Of a stretch of DNA of 64,000 nucleotides, positions 1 through 13,954 are shown piece by piece (within the stretch, counting starts at the first letter, position 1; each line of letters opens with the position of its first letter). A program made the translations under genes and the position numbers. The stretch comes from Marsupella aquatica (lineage: Eukaryota > Plantae > Marchantiophyta): assembly GCA_973895155.1 (NCBI GenBank), contig OZ316891.1:15159037-15223036 (forward strand), in the 5' to 3' direction. The notes below the pieces were generated by a model, which was given only the letters and a program-made list of their open reading frames with translations, ran no database searches and was not told the DNA's origin.

Positions 1-2674
1 ACTCCTCCCATTGCCAGCCTCTTCTCAACTACAGGGTTACCTTGAATCGAAGTAAGGACCGGAACATTCAAATCAAGGCAGTTGGCTAGGAATACGCAAA
101 GTTCATCAATTGGCCAGAATGCTAAACAACGTTCATTACTAGATATCATTGCCATTTCATGAGCTCGACATTACACCCAAGAATCACTTGAAGCTGCAAC
201 ACTTTTATATATTTGGTGATAGCTCGATCAGGCTGTAGTTTACTGGATTGGTTAAACAGAGTACAGATCAAACCTGCCACAGTGGTCCCCGCTGTCACTT
301 CACCATTGACATTGGTGTAAGCCTCCGTGCAAGCCAATGTAACGCTCTCCATTGCGTACCTGAAGCAAGGACATCACATAGGTACATTGGAGAGAATGGT
401 CTGTTAACGTTTAAATCTTGCAAGGGCCGTATGCAACTGGAAAAATGGGACCTTATGTATATGTGCAGGGAGGAGAACCACTGGGACAGGTACTTCAAGT
501 GGCCGCTTTGCTGCTCCAAACAGTCTGCAGCATAAATTCCCAAGAAGCTCAAAATCATCATGTGGTACGGCACCCTGCGTTTGCTATGTTCGACCGTGCT
601 TATGCTGACACTCAAACGGTATTCAGAGCTTAGATTGATAAGAATTTGAATGCTTCATATGTTGACACTCACAGTTGAGGAATTTGATACGAATCTATAT
701 TGCCGCAGTCTTGAAGAGATCTAGAAGACTCAACGATCTACAAGACCAATTTCCGAGAATTTTGGCTCCCGTAGAGGAGCTAGACGTACCGTGATATTTT
801 GTAGGATTGCAGCAATTAGGTCCGCTGCTTTGTCATTGAAGAAATCTTCATATGTAGTCGTGACGATTGAAGTGTCTCAAACCTGCATTAAGTTCATACA
901 CAATGATCAACTGACGTCTAGGACAATTTTCTTTCAATTCCCTAAATCAATCTGAGTTCCCACAGCATATCGCCCATTCTTGAATCCTGGCTAATATTGT
1001 AATCAAACTTAGGAGCTTTGGTGATAGTCTAGAAACTATGGTTTGTATGTTATCGAGAATAACTCAGGATGATAGGAACACGGATCGTGTCAGACGGGAA
1101 TCAATTATCTAGAACATCGCGGTGGGACATCGTGTAACCAGTTTCAAGTCAGCAGATGCAAAGCTCGAAGATCATTGAATTTCAAACCGAGAATTCTTTG
1201 GAGAGGAAATATGAATGAATTTGCAGATCAAGTTCGGTGGTTGATGGATTTATTTGGGTCCACTCGCGAATGCAAACTCCTGCCCAGATAATCATGCTCG
1301 GATGCCTACTTCAATATCTATCCCATCAATCGTTGCTTTTCAAATGGACTAGGATGAAAAGTTTTGGCAAGTTTACGTGGTGCAGATTCGTGCTCATGCC
1401 CTGATTGAACCTATTCACACTGATATCATTTCCTCCCAAACCTCCAATGAACTCGTAGTGCAGTGGCTGTATGTACATCAACAATTCCACCAATTAAATA
1501 CACCTAGCACCAACAGATGTCCATTGCATTACACGAGGCACATTTCACCGATCCTAGACCGCTGCCGGTTGCTTTACGTACATCAAATTCATGCATAGGA
1601 ACGATCTCACCCATAACAATGATCAAGAAAAATTCCCAGGCTTTCAGAGAAACAGTCCGTATACCTGATGGATGTCTCCAAATACATGGGCCAAGAAAAG
1701 CAATGCCTCGGTCAAATTATCTGCAAAGGCCAAAACAAAAGTGTTTAGTCAATTATGACGTTTCGTGTAAGATTGAATGCGGTAGTGTACCTGTGATTTG
1801 AAACCTCTTCACATCAACACTGAACATGAAACATGTAGGTGCCACTTAACCAGGAGCTACACAACGATGCCTCGAAAATGGTAATGGTTTCCAAGCCATA
1901 TTGCGCAATATACGTCCACGGAATAACAATGCACAGGACCATCCGGCCAGCTTCAGTTTAGTTTTCCTGAAAATAGAATGAGTACTCACATGATCCACCA
2001 GATTTTCCAGTCAAATGAGCTGTATAGTTGTTGATGGCTCCAGTTGCGCAGAAGTTTGACTTCGAATCACCAACGCAGTCACCTTCTCAAAAGGCAGTAA
2101 AACTGGTCAATGACTAAATCATAACACATTGCCAGAGCGATCATATTCATGGCACGCATGCATAAGAAAACCAACATCTCTCGTCAATATTCAGACACCA
2201 ACATCTGCGGGCCGGACTTTCTCCGTACTGCCTTGAAGATAACGATCAACCATCGCTTGCATTCCATGACCTTAATTAACATCATCTCTATTTGCCTTCG
2301 AAACATTCACCAAGTTTCCGTTCGCAACTCCGTCTGCAGCTGTTCTCTTCAGAAACGACTGCAAGAGCAGAAACAGAAGAATTTCCACGGTTCATTCCAC
2401 GCCGTACATTGCAGTACAGAAGGTGACTCGCCCCATGAATTAACCTCCGCCAATTCTTCAAGAGAAGTGATACTGTCGGATAGTCCAGACCAGGATTTCA
2501 AACATCAAATGGAGTTTTCATGTCATCATGGTCACCTTGGCAATCTCGCAAATGATGGCATGCCATCTTCACCCCAAGCCACTCAACCCTCACCGGAGCA
2601 TTTGTCAGAGCCGCAGTAAGGGCCAGAACTAAGAGCAACGCTATCACTGCCCCTGAGAATCGGCTGCCGGCCAT
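1..2674 (-). pseudogene. S1/P1 nuclease (ENDO/BFN1-like) pseudogene, multi-exon, runs off the window start
   Basis: Exon translations match plant S1/P1 nucleases: signal peptide MAGSRFSGAVIALLLVLALTAA; AWGEDG/HAIICEIAK (~2537-2580); DCVGDSKSNFCATGAINNYTAHL (~2000-2082); NLTEALLFLAHVFGDIHQ (~1665-1720); PLHYEFIGGLGGNDI..TNLHH (~1377-1466); V*DTSIV (~790-882); YAMESVTLACTEAY (~275-359); YFDSR/PVVEKRLAMGG (1-60). Two frameshifts in exon 1, TGG>TGA stops at conserved Trp (~877, ~495), frameshift near 38, and last acceptor reads CG instead of AG (~60-61). Confidence 0.88.
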
Positions 2675-2990
2675 CTGAAGATTTTGCATTGTTGTTGTTA
2701 GTGCGTGCCTGCTTCACAGCCACATCAAAAAGCGATAGGAAGTACGATTGAACCGCGCAGACCGCCAAAGCAGTTTCAGCTAGTGGTTCATTATCATAGA
2801 CGCCTAAACTTGCAAATCGAAAGATCTACAGAAGTTTCTGGTCGAATGTCAGTCTGAACAGCCAGAATATCGCAACCGAGTGGGAAACGAGCGGCAGCAA
2901 GTGTCAAATTCTCGTCCATTTGGAACAATCACTCATACTCTGATTCGAAATAGACTCATTGGAAAATCATTCTCTTTCCACTGCTCAGCT

Positions 2991-3170
2991 AGAACGGCAT
3001 TCGGACGAGAAAACAGTCAGTTCATCTAAACTGCAGCTGCCACTGTAAAAAGAAACACTCGGTTCATTTAATTAACCCACAGTTGGAACGGGATTCGGAT
3101 GAGGAAACTGTCAGTTCATCTAGGCCACAACTGCCACTAAAAAAGGAATCAGTCGGTTCATTTAATTGCC
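2991..3170. repeat. Diverged tandem duplication, ~94-bp unit x2
   Basis: gaacgg.attcgga.gag.aaac.gtcagttcatcta...ctgccact...tcggttcatttaatt occurs at ~2992 and ~3086. Confidence 0.75.
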
Positions 3171-3181
3171 AGGGAATTGTT

Positions 3182-3197
3182 CTAGGGTTTAGGGTTT
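3182..3197. promoter_or_regulatory. Short interstitial telomere motif (telo-box-like, TTTAGGG x2)
   Basis: ctagggtttagggttt about 500 bp upstream of the nuclease pseudogene start; function inferred only. Confidence 0.3.
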
Positions 3198-3439
3198 GAA
3201 AACCTCAATAACCAGACGAAATTCCACTCAAGTGCTTTGGAAATACCTGTGACCTGCCAGCAATCTCACGACAAAGCTGTGTGTTTCCAGCCCTTCTTGT
3301 ACCGAAGGAGGCGCACCATCTCTGGACCAACCCCAATTCAATATTTGAATCACAGAACCGCGAGTTAAATCTATGTAGAGTTAGTGTCCGGCCCAAGTTG
3401 GCCAAAACATAAAACCATTTCTCTACCATTTTGTCACCC

Positions 3440-4575
3440 GCTCAGGTCCGATCAACTTTGTGTCATCAATTTTATGTTTATGTTTTGGCACCCATCACTT
3501 TTTGTCGCTTGATCTACTTTTTGTAGCCCGATCTACAACTCCATAGAAAATAAATATTTGGCACAACATCAACCAAGTCTCTATCTGTCATGACTCCCTA
3601 CCAAAGTATTAGTCTCCAATTGAACATATCAATCATGACTCCCTACCAAGTATTAGGCTCCACTTGATTCACAGAACCTCGCATGAAATCTACGTCGAGT
3701 TAGTATCCCCCATTTTCCCGGGGCCCCATACATTGCTCGTCCCTGTCCCCGATGCTGTTGCCCACTCCGGTCCGAGTTGGTCAAAAGTCAAGTCAATACT
3801 TCACCATTTTGTCACTCACTCTAGCCCCGGGGCCCCATACATTGCTCGTCCCTGTCCCCGATGCTGTTGCCCACTCCGGTCCGAGTTGGTCAAAAGTCAA
3901 GCTAATACTTCACCATTTTGTCACTCACTCTAGCCCAATCAACTTTGTGCTGTCAATTTTGGGTTTATGTTTTGACACCTATCATTTTTTGTCGCCCGTT
4001 CCGGCCCGATCTACTGTGTGCCATCACTTTTTGGAAAGTGTAACAAAATCATAAACCACAACTCCATAGAAAATAAGTATTTGGCACAACATAAACCAAG
4101 CCTATCAATCATGACTCCCTACCAAAGTATTAGGTTCCACTTGAACATATCAATCATGACTCCCTACCAAAGTATCAGGCACGACTCTATTGGAAAGAAG
4201 AGTTGCCACAACAAAACCATGACTCAATCAAGAAAAATCATTTGACAAAACTTCAACCAAGATTTTATCAATCATAATTCTAAACACACACAAATATGAC
4301 TCCATGGGAAAGAAATATTGTCAAAACATAAATCACAACTCCATAGGCTTAGGATAAATATTTGGTACAACACAAGCCAAAGACTCTACCAATCAAATTA
4401 CTAGACACCCAAATACAAAAGCTCACCAAAGGTACATATTCTCATTCGATGAGAGCCGCAAGGAACTTGATTGTCTGCGAGGTATGAAAAAGTACTAGAG
4501 ACCCAAATACAAAAGCTCACCAAAGTACATCTTCTCATTCGATGAAAGCCGCAAAGGAACTTGATTGTCTGCGAG
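3440..4575. repeat. Block of nested local duplications (109-bp near-perfect pair 3717-3934; ~3450-3665 repeated at ~3935-4175; ~113-bp pair 4400-4575)
   Basis: ccggggccccatacattgctcgtccctgtccccgatgctgttgcccactccggtccgagttggtcaaaagtcaag twice; atgactccctaccaaagtatt four times; actaga.acccaaatacaaaagctcaccaaag twice. Confidence 0.8.
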
Positions 4576-6106
4576 GTGTGACTTGCGGCAACGAAAGCCA
4601 AACTTCTCCTGCCTTTCCTTTTTGCCACATCTCCTGCATTGTCTTTTCTGGTGATTTTCTCCGAGATGGAAAAGTTTCTTAACACTTTCAAAACAGCAAA
4701 TGTGAAGTTTGACTGGAGCAAAGAAAAGCGTGGGAAGATCGGCAATATGGCAAAGATTGAGATCCGCCCTCGATCCAGATATCAGTGAACATCTGTTCCT
4801 TATTTGATTGTCGTAGCTTTGTTTCTACATGTTAATCAGAAACTTACCCGCGAAACATTGGTAAACCTCGCACTCGTTCCTAAAATCAAAACTATTGGAA
4901 GTCCTCGGAACTATGCTACGCCAGCAAGACACATTACATACCATCTATCAAAAATATGAGTGCAAGGGCCCTTGACTTTTCCGGTCTTAACCCAATTTCC
5001 TATTAAGTGTACAATACCTAGGGCTGCCATGTAGCCAGAGCTCCGGACATCATACGGCTTTCATCACGCAGCGATCGGCAATGTTCAAATCTGTTACCGG
5101 ATCGGCCTCTCGGAATGATAATACTGCTCAATGATAGAACAGATCGTGCCTTGGTCAACTGCTTCAAAATCGAAGTCTACCATGTACCTCAAAATGCAGT
5201 CCAGATATTTGGGATTGTACGAATAGCACAACATATGGAAACCTTCATCGAAAAGAAAACTGTCAAATCCATTTAGGAGCCCTTCACACATCAACATATA
5301 AGAGGCAAAAATTCTCAACGACAACTGTGCTCAGTAATGCTCATGAGTATTATTTCGATGCCTTCCAGAACAGGTCCCCCCCACAGAAACAAAATACAAT
5401 ACACTGTTTCTCAAGGGACCAAAAGAATTCAAAGGAAATCTATTTTCAGCTCTCTAAAAGTGATCTTCTGCAATGATCCTGTGCGTATAGCTACCCAATG
5501 AACAATGTATCGCACCAGTGGCAAGTGGTATCGCTGCACTTTGCTTACTCCAAACTTGTAAAAGTAAACCCACGACAAAAGGCCTCCACAGCCATAGAGC
5601 TCTCCGCACCTCCAAATGCTCTACTATTGGATGGGAAATAAAACCTCCAAAAATGATTGCGCGCGGGAGTCGTACTCCAAATATGTGAAGACTGCATTCT
5701 GTTCCTCAATAATGCCGAAGCGAAGGGCCATATGACGGTTGATACTGGCCACGAATCACGGCTCTCGGGATAGAGGCCTTCCGATGCAGGCATCTGAACT
5801 CGAGATTTAGTTCACCGACACATCTCAATTCTCATCCTGATGCGTAAATATTGTAGACCAACTCTAGGGATCGCTTCTTCGAAGATTCTTCACTCTTTCG
5901 AGCTCCAATAGTCTTTGCATTCGCTGATTTAGATTGCCCTAATTTCACTGTCCATGACACAGCGATTCCCTAAGAATGCCCAATGTGGGCAGGGTCTGAG
6001 CACTGCTCTTCCATACAGAGTACCTCCGATAGACTCGCCAACAGATGTTGACTTGAATTAAGGGGATGAATGTCCAAGTGACACCAATGTTGGTCACCAA
6101 TGTTGG

Positions 6107-9100
6107 TCACCAGAACAGCGCTTGAGGAATTGAGCTGAAATTCTCAACAGGAGCTGACTGGTCCAACAAAAAGGATGCTTGAAAGCAGTCAGCAGCTTCT
6201 CGAGCTCGACCTTCCACTTTGTGCAGCATTCCAAGGTTATACCAAACCTGATGATTTTTGGGTTCTGAGCGAAGAGCATCAGTTAGAAAGCTTCGGGCCA
6301 CAGGTAATGAAGTTCCACCTCTTTGTCTTAAAAGAGCTCCAGTAGACACCTTGCTTGGCACGTGGTCAGGATCAACAGCAAGCGCATTGTTGTATCCTGC
6401 CAGTGCATCTTGAACATTATCCTGAGCCTCATGAAGAGCACCTGAGACATGCCAGTTGTTTTTCGTTTAAGTTCATTAGTAGCAGGGATCAATTTCACCT
6501 GTTTCTCTCAGCTGCCATGAGCCCCTCGGTGTAAAATATCAGTCCACGATTTGTTGACCGGTTAAATTGCGTAAGAATTCTGTGAATGTGTGCTACCAAT
6601 GATTGCCTTTGAATCTGTTCAGCTTTCTGAGGACAGGTTATTTCTCAAACATGCAAAATCACGAACGACGTTCTTTCGTCATCGCAACTCCAGTTCGCGC
6701 ATATATAAGACGTGTTTCAAATGTCCAAAAGATGGAAACAAGAGACGCACCAGCAGCATGCCATGTATCAGCAGAGTACGCCCGCAGAGCTTGTGCTTTC
6801 TCCAAACAGATTTCTGCATCACCCCATTGCTTCAATGAAGTATACACAGCTGCTAAGCCTTGCCAGACCTCCACTTCCTCTACACCTTGTTGTCCCTGGC
6901 CACACACGTGAAATCAGAAAATCATGATCAACAATAAATTGGAACTCTTGCACTGAGAGTAAAAACAAGACAGAAGATGGATCCTACTGTCGGGTTCCAC
7001 TAACCACATGAAGGAGGAACTTGTCAGACGGTGCGATGCTATTCATCAATTGTCAACAGTTTTGCAAGGAGAAAGTGGTACAACCACGGCTTCACACCTT
7101 AACCGTCCAACTTCCAGTCTCTTGACTCTTTTTCTGTGCTTGTACAAGTGCCAAAAGTAACCTGTATGTATCAATAGCTCGCATGGCCTGGCCCTGCGCA
7201 ATCTGACCCTTTGCTTTCATACGGAGCAACTCTCCTTGCTCCCACTTCCCAGTATCATCAAGGGCTGCGTCCAGAGCTTCCTCGGCATCTACGAACCGTT
7301 GCTGGGCTGACAGTACTAGAGCCAAAAGTTTCCAGCCTTGAACAGAAGCTCCACTACTAAGATCTATAAATTTTTTGGCACAATCCAGAGCCAAGCCAAG
7401 ATTTCTTTGCTCGGCGTACTCCAACCCAAGGTCAAAGAGCACCTTTGGATCTGCCTTCTCCATCGAGGCTGCTTCTAGTAAGATACTCAGAGACTCAGCA
7501 TGTAAGCGGGTTCTCTCCGCATCAGACAAAGAGCTTCTGGCAGCACAACCCAAGACGACCCCAAGCACATGCAAGGCAGTCCCCCTCAAGTGCTCAAAGT
7601 CCCCCTTTGCTTGCTTTACAGCCCTCTGAGCATAATCAACACCTTCTTTGGCAAGTTTAGCTTCTTTAGCACAAAGCTTAGCCCCTAGCAAAAGGGAATA
7701 TACATCATTAGGTGACTCTACCTGATTTAAGGACTTCCTCAGGAGATTCAGCCCAACATCATCCTTTAATGCTCCACTGTAACAAAGAGCAAGGTTATAC
7801 CATCGCTCGGGTCTACTCTGTATGCCGGGCAAGATCATCTCGTACTGCTGAGCTAGAAACTCAGGCTGCCCGCACACGGAGAGAGCAAAACTCAGGTGCT
7901 CAATTACCGTCGGGTCATAAGATACTTTCTTGAGAGTAGCATCTCTAAGAAGAAGTAATAACAGAAGAATAGATTCCTCCACATTAGTCTTAGGAATGAA
8001 GGCTCCTTCAGTTTGAGAGCCAAACCGTGGTGATGAAGCCTCTACACCACTATAGAGCAGCAATAGAGCAAATTCCTTGCTAATCCGGGCAGAGCATTCT
8101 GCATCAATGCCAAAAGGACCTAGAAGGGCACGTCTGAATGCGGCTACTGCCTCGTGCATGAGACCATCTTCGACTAAAAGCTTGAGGAGAAGCTCAACAG
8201 ACTTTCCAATTGTCACTGGCAGCCTGGAGTCAGCAGTCCATAAAGCAGGCAGGCCTTGCGGAAACGTTGATTCCATCAAATCCATCAAACCCTTGCACTC
8301 CTCTGCAGCTTCTGCGAGTCGTGAGGAGAAATATTTTAGTAAAAATCGGGCTTATGCTGCAAAGATTGGTTTATGCCTTCTTGCGAAACACATCTAAGAT
8401 CGATCTTCCAAGTCTTTTCTTCATTCGTCTATGTAGACGTGAAAGGTGTCTAGTAACAAAAACCAATTCCTCTCTGTCAAGAAGTCTGAAAGGAAAGTTC
8501 ACGTCCAGCAAAGAACTTCATATTAAACAAGGATGTGATTATCCAGCCACGGCATAATTGGAGCACGGATCTGACGAATTCACATGCTGCGAGGATTGAT
8601 GATCGGACATTGTAAGGCAGGTCATTTTCTTGGTCCAACTTGATCATAGAAAACTTACCGGGGAGGAGGCCATCTGCCTGCAAGCATTTCGCTTTAAGAT
8701 AAATGGCTTCAAATAAAACGTCTGCAGTACGCAACGTTGCGGACAGAGCTCCAGCTGCCTCGGAACGAGAACGTCGACGCTGGCGAGCTTTGCTGTTGAC
8801 ACTGTCTTGCAAGCGTGAAAAAATTGGACGAAGGTCAAAGTCACCAAAAATCCGCTGGGCTTCCTCAAGATTACCTTGCTCATACTCCCGCCGTCCTTCA
8901 AGAGCTCGAGCTTCCTGTGGATCAGGAGAGTCCTGTGCAATTGAATAGAAAAAGTCTTAACATGATATCTTCATGTTGGAAAAAACCCTAGACTCTCACA
9001 GTCAACAACGCGCCATACATTCTAGATCAAGCACAATTGTGATGCAGACCACCGAAAAGCTTCTCTCGTACGACCACTTCTACTACACGAGATACGAACA

Positions 9101-9278
9101 CCGGAAACCCAGCAGGAATGGAAAAAAAAAGGGGGGAACGGCACCGGACAGTCCTCGAATCTCTCAAACAACGCTCGCTATGGCCTCCGATCGAGATCCA
9201 CACCTGGGCTGAAGCCGTCTGCCGCGCAGCAACGGATCCGAGAGGAGCTCCACCGATCGTAGCTGAAACCGCGGCCAT
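6107..9278 (-). CDS. NPG1/NPGR-family (TTC7-like) TPR calmodulin-binding protein; exons 9278-9204, 8932-8659, 8311-7098, 6895-6751, 6441-6107
   Basis: GT-AG introns join in frame: EARALEGRREYEQGNL, VLFEAIYLKAKCLQ, FIPKTNVEESILLLL, ERWYNLALCYSGA, GWKLLALVLSAQQRF, ARSFLTDALRSEPKNHQVWYNLGMLHKVEGRAREAADCFQAS..SAPVENF, typical of NPG1/NPGR. First exon less certain. Confidence 0.9.
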
Positions 9279-9629
9279 CTCCAACGACAGCCACTGCAAC
9301 GAAATGATAACACTCACAACTCCAGCGCTGCTCTGATCCGCCCTTCTTGGGCGAATGCCAAGCCTCGTCGCTTGGCTGAATCCCTTCCCTTGCTACTGCT
9401 TTACGCCAAACCTCAGCCCCAGCAAGCACATTGCTCCATTTTCCTATCGTGCATCGGAGATCTTCGTCGCCCACCTACCGAGGTGGTTGTTCGATCTTCT
9501 TCGTCCGTCCCTCTTCATAGGCTGTCTGTCACTGCTCACTCAATTTTGCTTATTTTGCATACACTCCTCGATTGCGCAGCTGCCAACTGGACAGTTTTTA
9601 ACTTCAATACTTCTATACGAGTGGACATA

Positions 9630-9980
9630 CTCTCAATACCACTGCACGGTAAATGTCCCTTGATGCAGAATGTCCTTTGCATAAAAGATCAAGATGTCGT
9701 TTGCATAAAAGATCAAGATGTCGTTTGCATAAAAGATCAAGATGTCGTTTGCGTAAAAACATGTGATTTACAACAAAATATGTTGCTCAAATGACGTTGT
9801 TGCGCAAAAGCCGTGATTTGCAAAAAAATATTGTTGCACAAAAGAAATAGTTTTGCAAAAAGATGCAGGTGTACAAAAGAAGTAGTTGTGCAAAAGAAGT
9901 AGTTGTGCAAAAGGTGCCGTATGTAACAGTTTCATTGCCCAAAAGATATCATAGTGTGTAAAAAATGTCATAAAGCCTTT
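9630..9980 (-). repeat. Minisatellite (24-bp unit tgcataaaagatcaagatgtcgtt x3 plus degenerate copies), probably a decayed Helitron 3' end
   Basis: Perfect units at ~9678-9752; preceded by ctcaataccactgcacgg, resembling the ctcaatacccgtgcgttgcac end at 43907; shares the aagatgtcgt core with the arrays at 27540 and 43903. Confidence 0.6.
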
Positions 9981-11809
9981 ACAAATGTACAAAGTGAATT
10001 AGTTTGTGGACCCTGTGGTTACATTTTTAGGCTTTGTTTGAGAAAAAATAATGTTATGTAATATTAGCTTTAGCTGAAGTTGTGAGAGGCTATTATGGTC
10101 CAAAATGCTCTGATAACACACATTATTATGATGAGATAGTGTTACAAATTTTAGTGAAAGTATAAGAGAAATTACATAAGGAGCTCATCCAAATGTGATT
10201 ATGCAATCTTCTTCATAATGACCAGGAAAATGAGAGCTTTTAGCTTGAGTTCTGAGAGGCTAATATGGTCCATAATGCTCTGCTAGCGGGCATTAAAACA
10301 CTTAAGATCTATGAGATATTTTAACTTATTTTAGACCATTAATAAACCCAAAGGCGCAATTTGTTTTTACGTTAGTTGATTTGGGCATTGGATGCACTAT
10401 CGTCAACCACTAAAGTACCATGGGCACTCAATTTGAGTTGAGAAGATTACTTTCTCAAGATCAATTGAGAAGTATGCTTTTCTCCTAGCTTTTCTCAACA
10501 ATGAACCGTAAGCTTTCTAGTAGCTGAATTCTGTCTGTAGAAGATTATTTTGTCACCGGATTTGTCAATGTACTTTCAAAAAAAAGGAGATTTCACTGAA
10601 GTCTGACTTTGGCAAGTTTTGAATTAAAGGTTAATAGCCTCATGACCTTGACGCAACTGTTCACCAAATGGAGAAGGGCAGAGCTTAAACTTTGAGAAGA
10701 AAAGTATGATTAGGAAGGGAAGCTATTAGTCATGTTGTCAGTGTTGAGCAAGTATGAAAGATTCTACAGTTTGCATTGTTTAGATTAGATTTTCTCACTG
10801 AATCATTGTGAACCCATTCAGTGATGGCCTGAGAAGTTTGGCATTCCTCCTCGCATTCCTTCAACTGCCACACAAATACTTTGCTTTGCAGGCCAAAGTT
10901 GAAGACATGGTTATCACAAGCAATTGTCAAAATCAGGCCTTTATGCTACATGAAACTAAATTCTCAAGCTCAGAGAGTCAAAATTCAATCATTGGCAACT
11001 CCAGGATGAATTGTATCAGTTTGTTGAGTTCAAGTTCCATTTTGCCAAGCATACATGCAACCAAGTTCGCAAGCTAAAAGAGTCATGATTCAATCCATGA
11101 TGAAACCGGATCAATGTTTGATCAAATGAATTGTATCAGTATGTTGAGTTCAAATTCCAACCATAGCTAGCAGTTTGCCTTAATTGCAAAAGGCCGGACA
11201 TCTTACTCCAAGTGCCAATTACCCTTTAACAAGGAAGTTATCAAATTAGTTATTACTTAGTCATTGTTTATTATATGAAAGAAATACTTTTTAAATGTTT
11301 GAATTTTAAGTTTTAAAATTAGAGATGTAACTAAAATGGTTACATAGTGACAAGTTTACCTGTCTTGCTCTTTGAATTCCTTATTTTTTACATTTTCTTT
11401 TTACAGCATGGCATCCCAAAACTTACACCCAAATTTGACGCAAACACAAATGAAAACTGTAAGTTTGATTCACAAAATTGACGAGTCTTGTTTTTTGATG
11501 TGACACTCTCTCGTGACGGGAATTTTGCAAGGGACCCCTATTGGGGGTTCGTAAAGAAAAACATAGTCAACTTAGAAAAGTGAAGGCAATAGAGGCATGA
11601 TGAGGTCTTTATTCATTTCATTAAGAAAACTTTATCATATACAACATTTTTGGTATGTGGAAACCCTAAACCCTTTATGCAACCATTGTTGGTATGTGGA
11701 AATAATACTTTTATCCTTGTAGAACATGTTGCTCTTGGAGTGGCAACCTATTATTGACCATGACTGAAAACAGACTTAGAAACCTGCAAGCCTACATATT
11801 CTAAAGTCT

Positions 11810-12290
11810 GTCCTTGTGCTTTATTGATGGTCATGGCATATGCCACTTGAACTGAGAATTGGACACTTTGTAAAATGAAAGGAAGTCCCTCATCCCGCAT
11901 CAGTGGAATACTTGAATTGGCATGCAGGAGTGTAATATTTCCCTAATGTTGCATGCAAGAACCCGCGCCTCTGTCCTTGTGCTTTATAGATGGTCATGGC
12001 ATGTGCCACTCTCGGGGGTCTCACTATATGGAGGTCTCCCCATCACCTGCAATTTTTTAGGCCTTAGACCCCCTGAAATGTGTAAAAGTGGCACATCACA
12101 TACATGTTTTTAGGCTTTTGACCCTGCTATGCCATTTTTGTGGAAGTGAAACCCCCGAGATGTCACTTGAACCAAGAATTAGACTCTTTGTAACATGCAA
12201 GGAAGTCCCTCCTCCTACATCAGTGGAATACTTGGGATGCATGACTGTAATGTTTCTCATATGTTTGCATGCAAGAACATACAGCTCAAT
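11810..12290. repeat. Diverged tandem duplication (~160-bp unit), second copy interrupted by a MITE
   Basis: gatggtcatggcat.tgccacttgaac..agaatt.gac.ctttgtaa.atg.aaggaagtccctc.tcc..catcagtggaatacttg occurs at ~11827 and ~11988/12160. Confidence 0.75.
12011..12159. mobile_element. MITE family B1, 149 bp, 15-bp TIR CTCGGGGGTYTCACT, 8-bp TSD
   Basis: Starts ctcgggggtctcact, ends agtgaaacccccgag; flanks gtgccact / atgtcact; the paralogous unit at ~11840 has the empty site atgccact once. Same ends as 14072-14368 in opposite orientation. Confidence 0.85.
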
Positions 12291-13954
12291 GACACAAGGA
12301 CTGATTGTCCAAACAATTACCCGTGTACCATCAATTTCATCTTCTTCCAATTCCTCGTTGATGAGCCAGTCCTCCTAGGATTCATTGGCGGCTAATTTCA
12401 ATTTAGGATGGTCAATTCCACCTTCAGCCAAGTCAACCAGAATGAGCCATCCTAAAGCCTTCATCAAATATATGTGGGTCAAGGCCAACCATGGGTTGGG
12501 CCTGGTGTGTTGGGACCATGCACATTACTGTCTCAAATGGCATGGGCTCTTCCCAGTGCTTGGAGGAGACCTCTCACATCACAACAAAGCTAGTTGTCTC
12601 ACAGTGTTGGCTCACACAACCAAGTCATGTTGAGCTTTTGCCTCATCCTGAAACACATAAGCTGAGGGTGTGCCATTCATTTTGGGACACCTGGTTCCCA
12701 ACCCCATTCTCTTGTTGCCGGTGTTGTGCTTGCCTCTTCAACTCTTTTGATTAAAGTGGAGTTTGAGATAATTCAGAGACTTGGAATTGAATTTGAGACC
12801 TAACAAGGCAAAATAGAATTAGGATAGGGAGTTAAGAAGGGTTATCAAGTTTTAAGGAAGAATACTTTCATGTTCACAGTGGTTTGGAATGATTCACAAA
12901 GGCTAAGGGGGCAGAATTGAGGAGGTTTGCGAGGACTTGAATGTTATGGTGAGCGCTGGCATGGTAGAGTAAAAATGAGTTTCTTCATGTTGGGAAAAGG
13001 TAATGGCAAATGCAGGCTGTGGAAGGGCAGTGTGGAATCTGAGGGGGAAGGAAATTTCTTGCATTGAGAGTGCTTGACTCAGAGTGCTCGGGATGATTTT
13101 TGTGGAGAAGATGGGTGCGCTATTGAGTGGATGTGTGGAAGATCAAAGACTTTGAATTATGGTGTTCAGTGAATTGGGATTAAAAGGAAGTTGGTGCGTC
13201 GCTGTGTTATTGGGGAAATTTGTTTGGAGGGCATAAGGACTTCAGAGACTGTTGTGTATGGATCGGACGTTGTTGAATGGTGTTTGGAGGTTGATTTTTT
13301 GTGGGAAAGGAAAATTGTGTGATGGAGTCGAGTGGGCTCGAGGACAATTGGTATGTTGAGGCTATGGTGTGCGGCTGAATTCAGTTGGGATTGACAGACA
13401 CTGAGAATTGTTACAGACCCCCATGGGAAGTTCCTTAAAAAATTCCTAGATGCATGTCCACATGAGCATGATTTGTTAGAAACAAGAACCATTACTTATG
13501 CAAGAATAACCAAATTTAACTGTTTGTGTTTGAGGCAAATCAAAGAAAAACAGTTAGACCCTATAACTACAAGAACAATGGAAAATTGAAAAGCAACATT
13601 TCAAGTAAACAAAGAAAAGGGTAAAATAGGAGTGAAAGAAAATAATCTTTGAATGAGTTGTGATTAATATATCACAACTCGTTCAAAGAGTTGTGAGTAA
13701 TCTGTTTCACTTTTCTATTTAATTTACACATTTTTGAAATAATGACAAGTAGAAAGAAACTCTTCAACTACTCTAACATTTACCAAGGTAACTTATGTAA
13801 AAGAACCTTAGAGCAAACCCAGCATCAAGGAGGATGGGTCACCCTCCCTATCCCATCCATTTCCATCCATGCATGCAGAGATTGTATTTAAATTAGTCAT
13901 TAAACTTCTCTTGATGTATCACCCCTCCCCATCCCATCCATACAGAACCAGTTT

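Noticed and set aside
4401-5800. Short minus-strand ORFs between the nuclease pseudogene and the NPGR gene
   Set aside because: No recognisable homology or consistent exon chain by eye; left unannotated.
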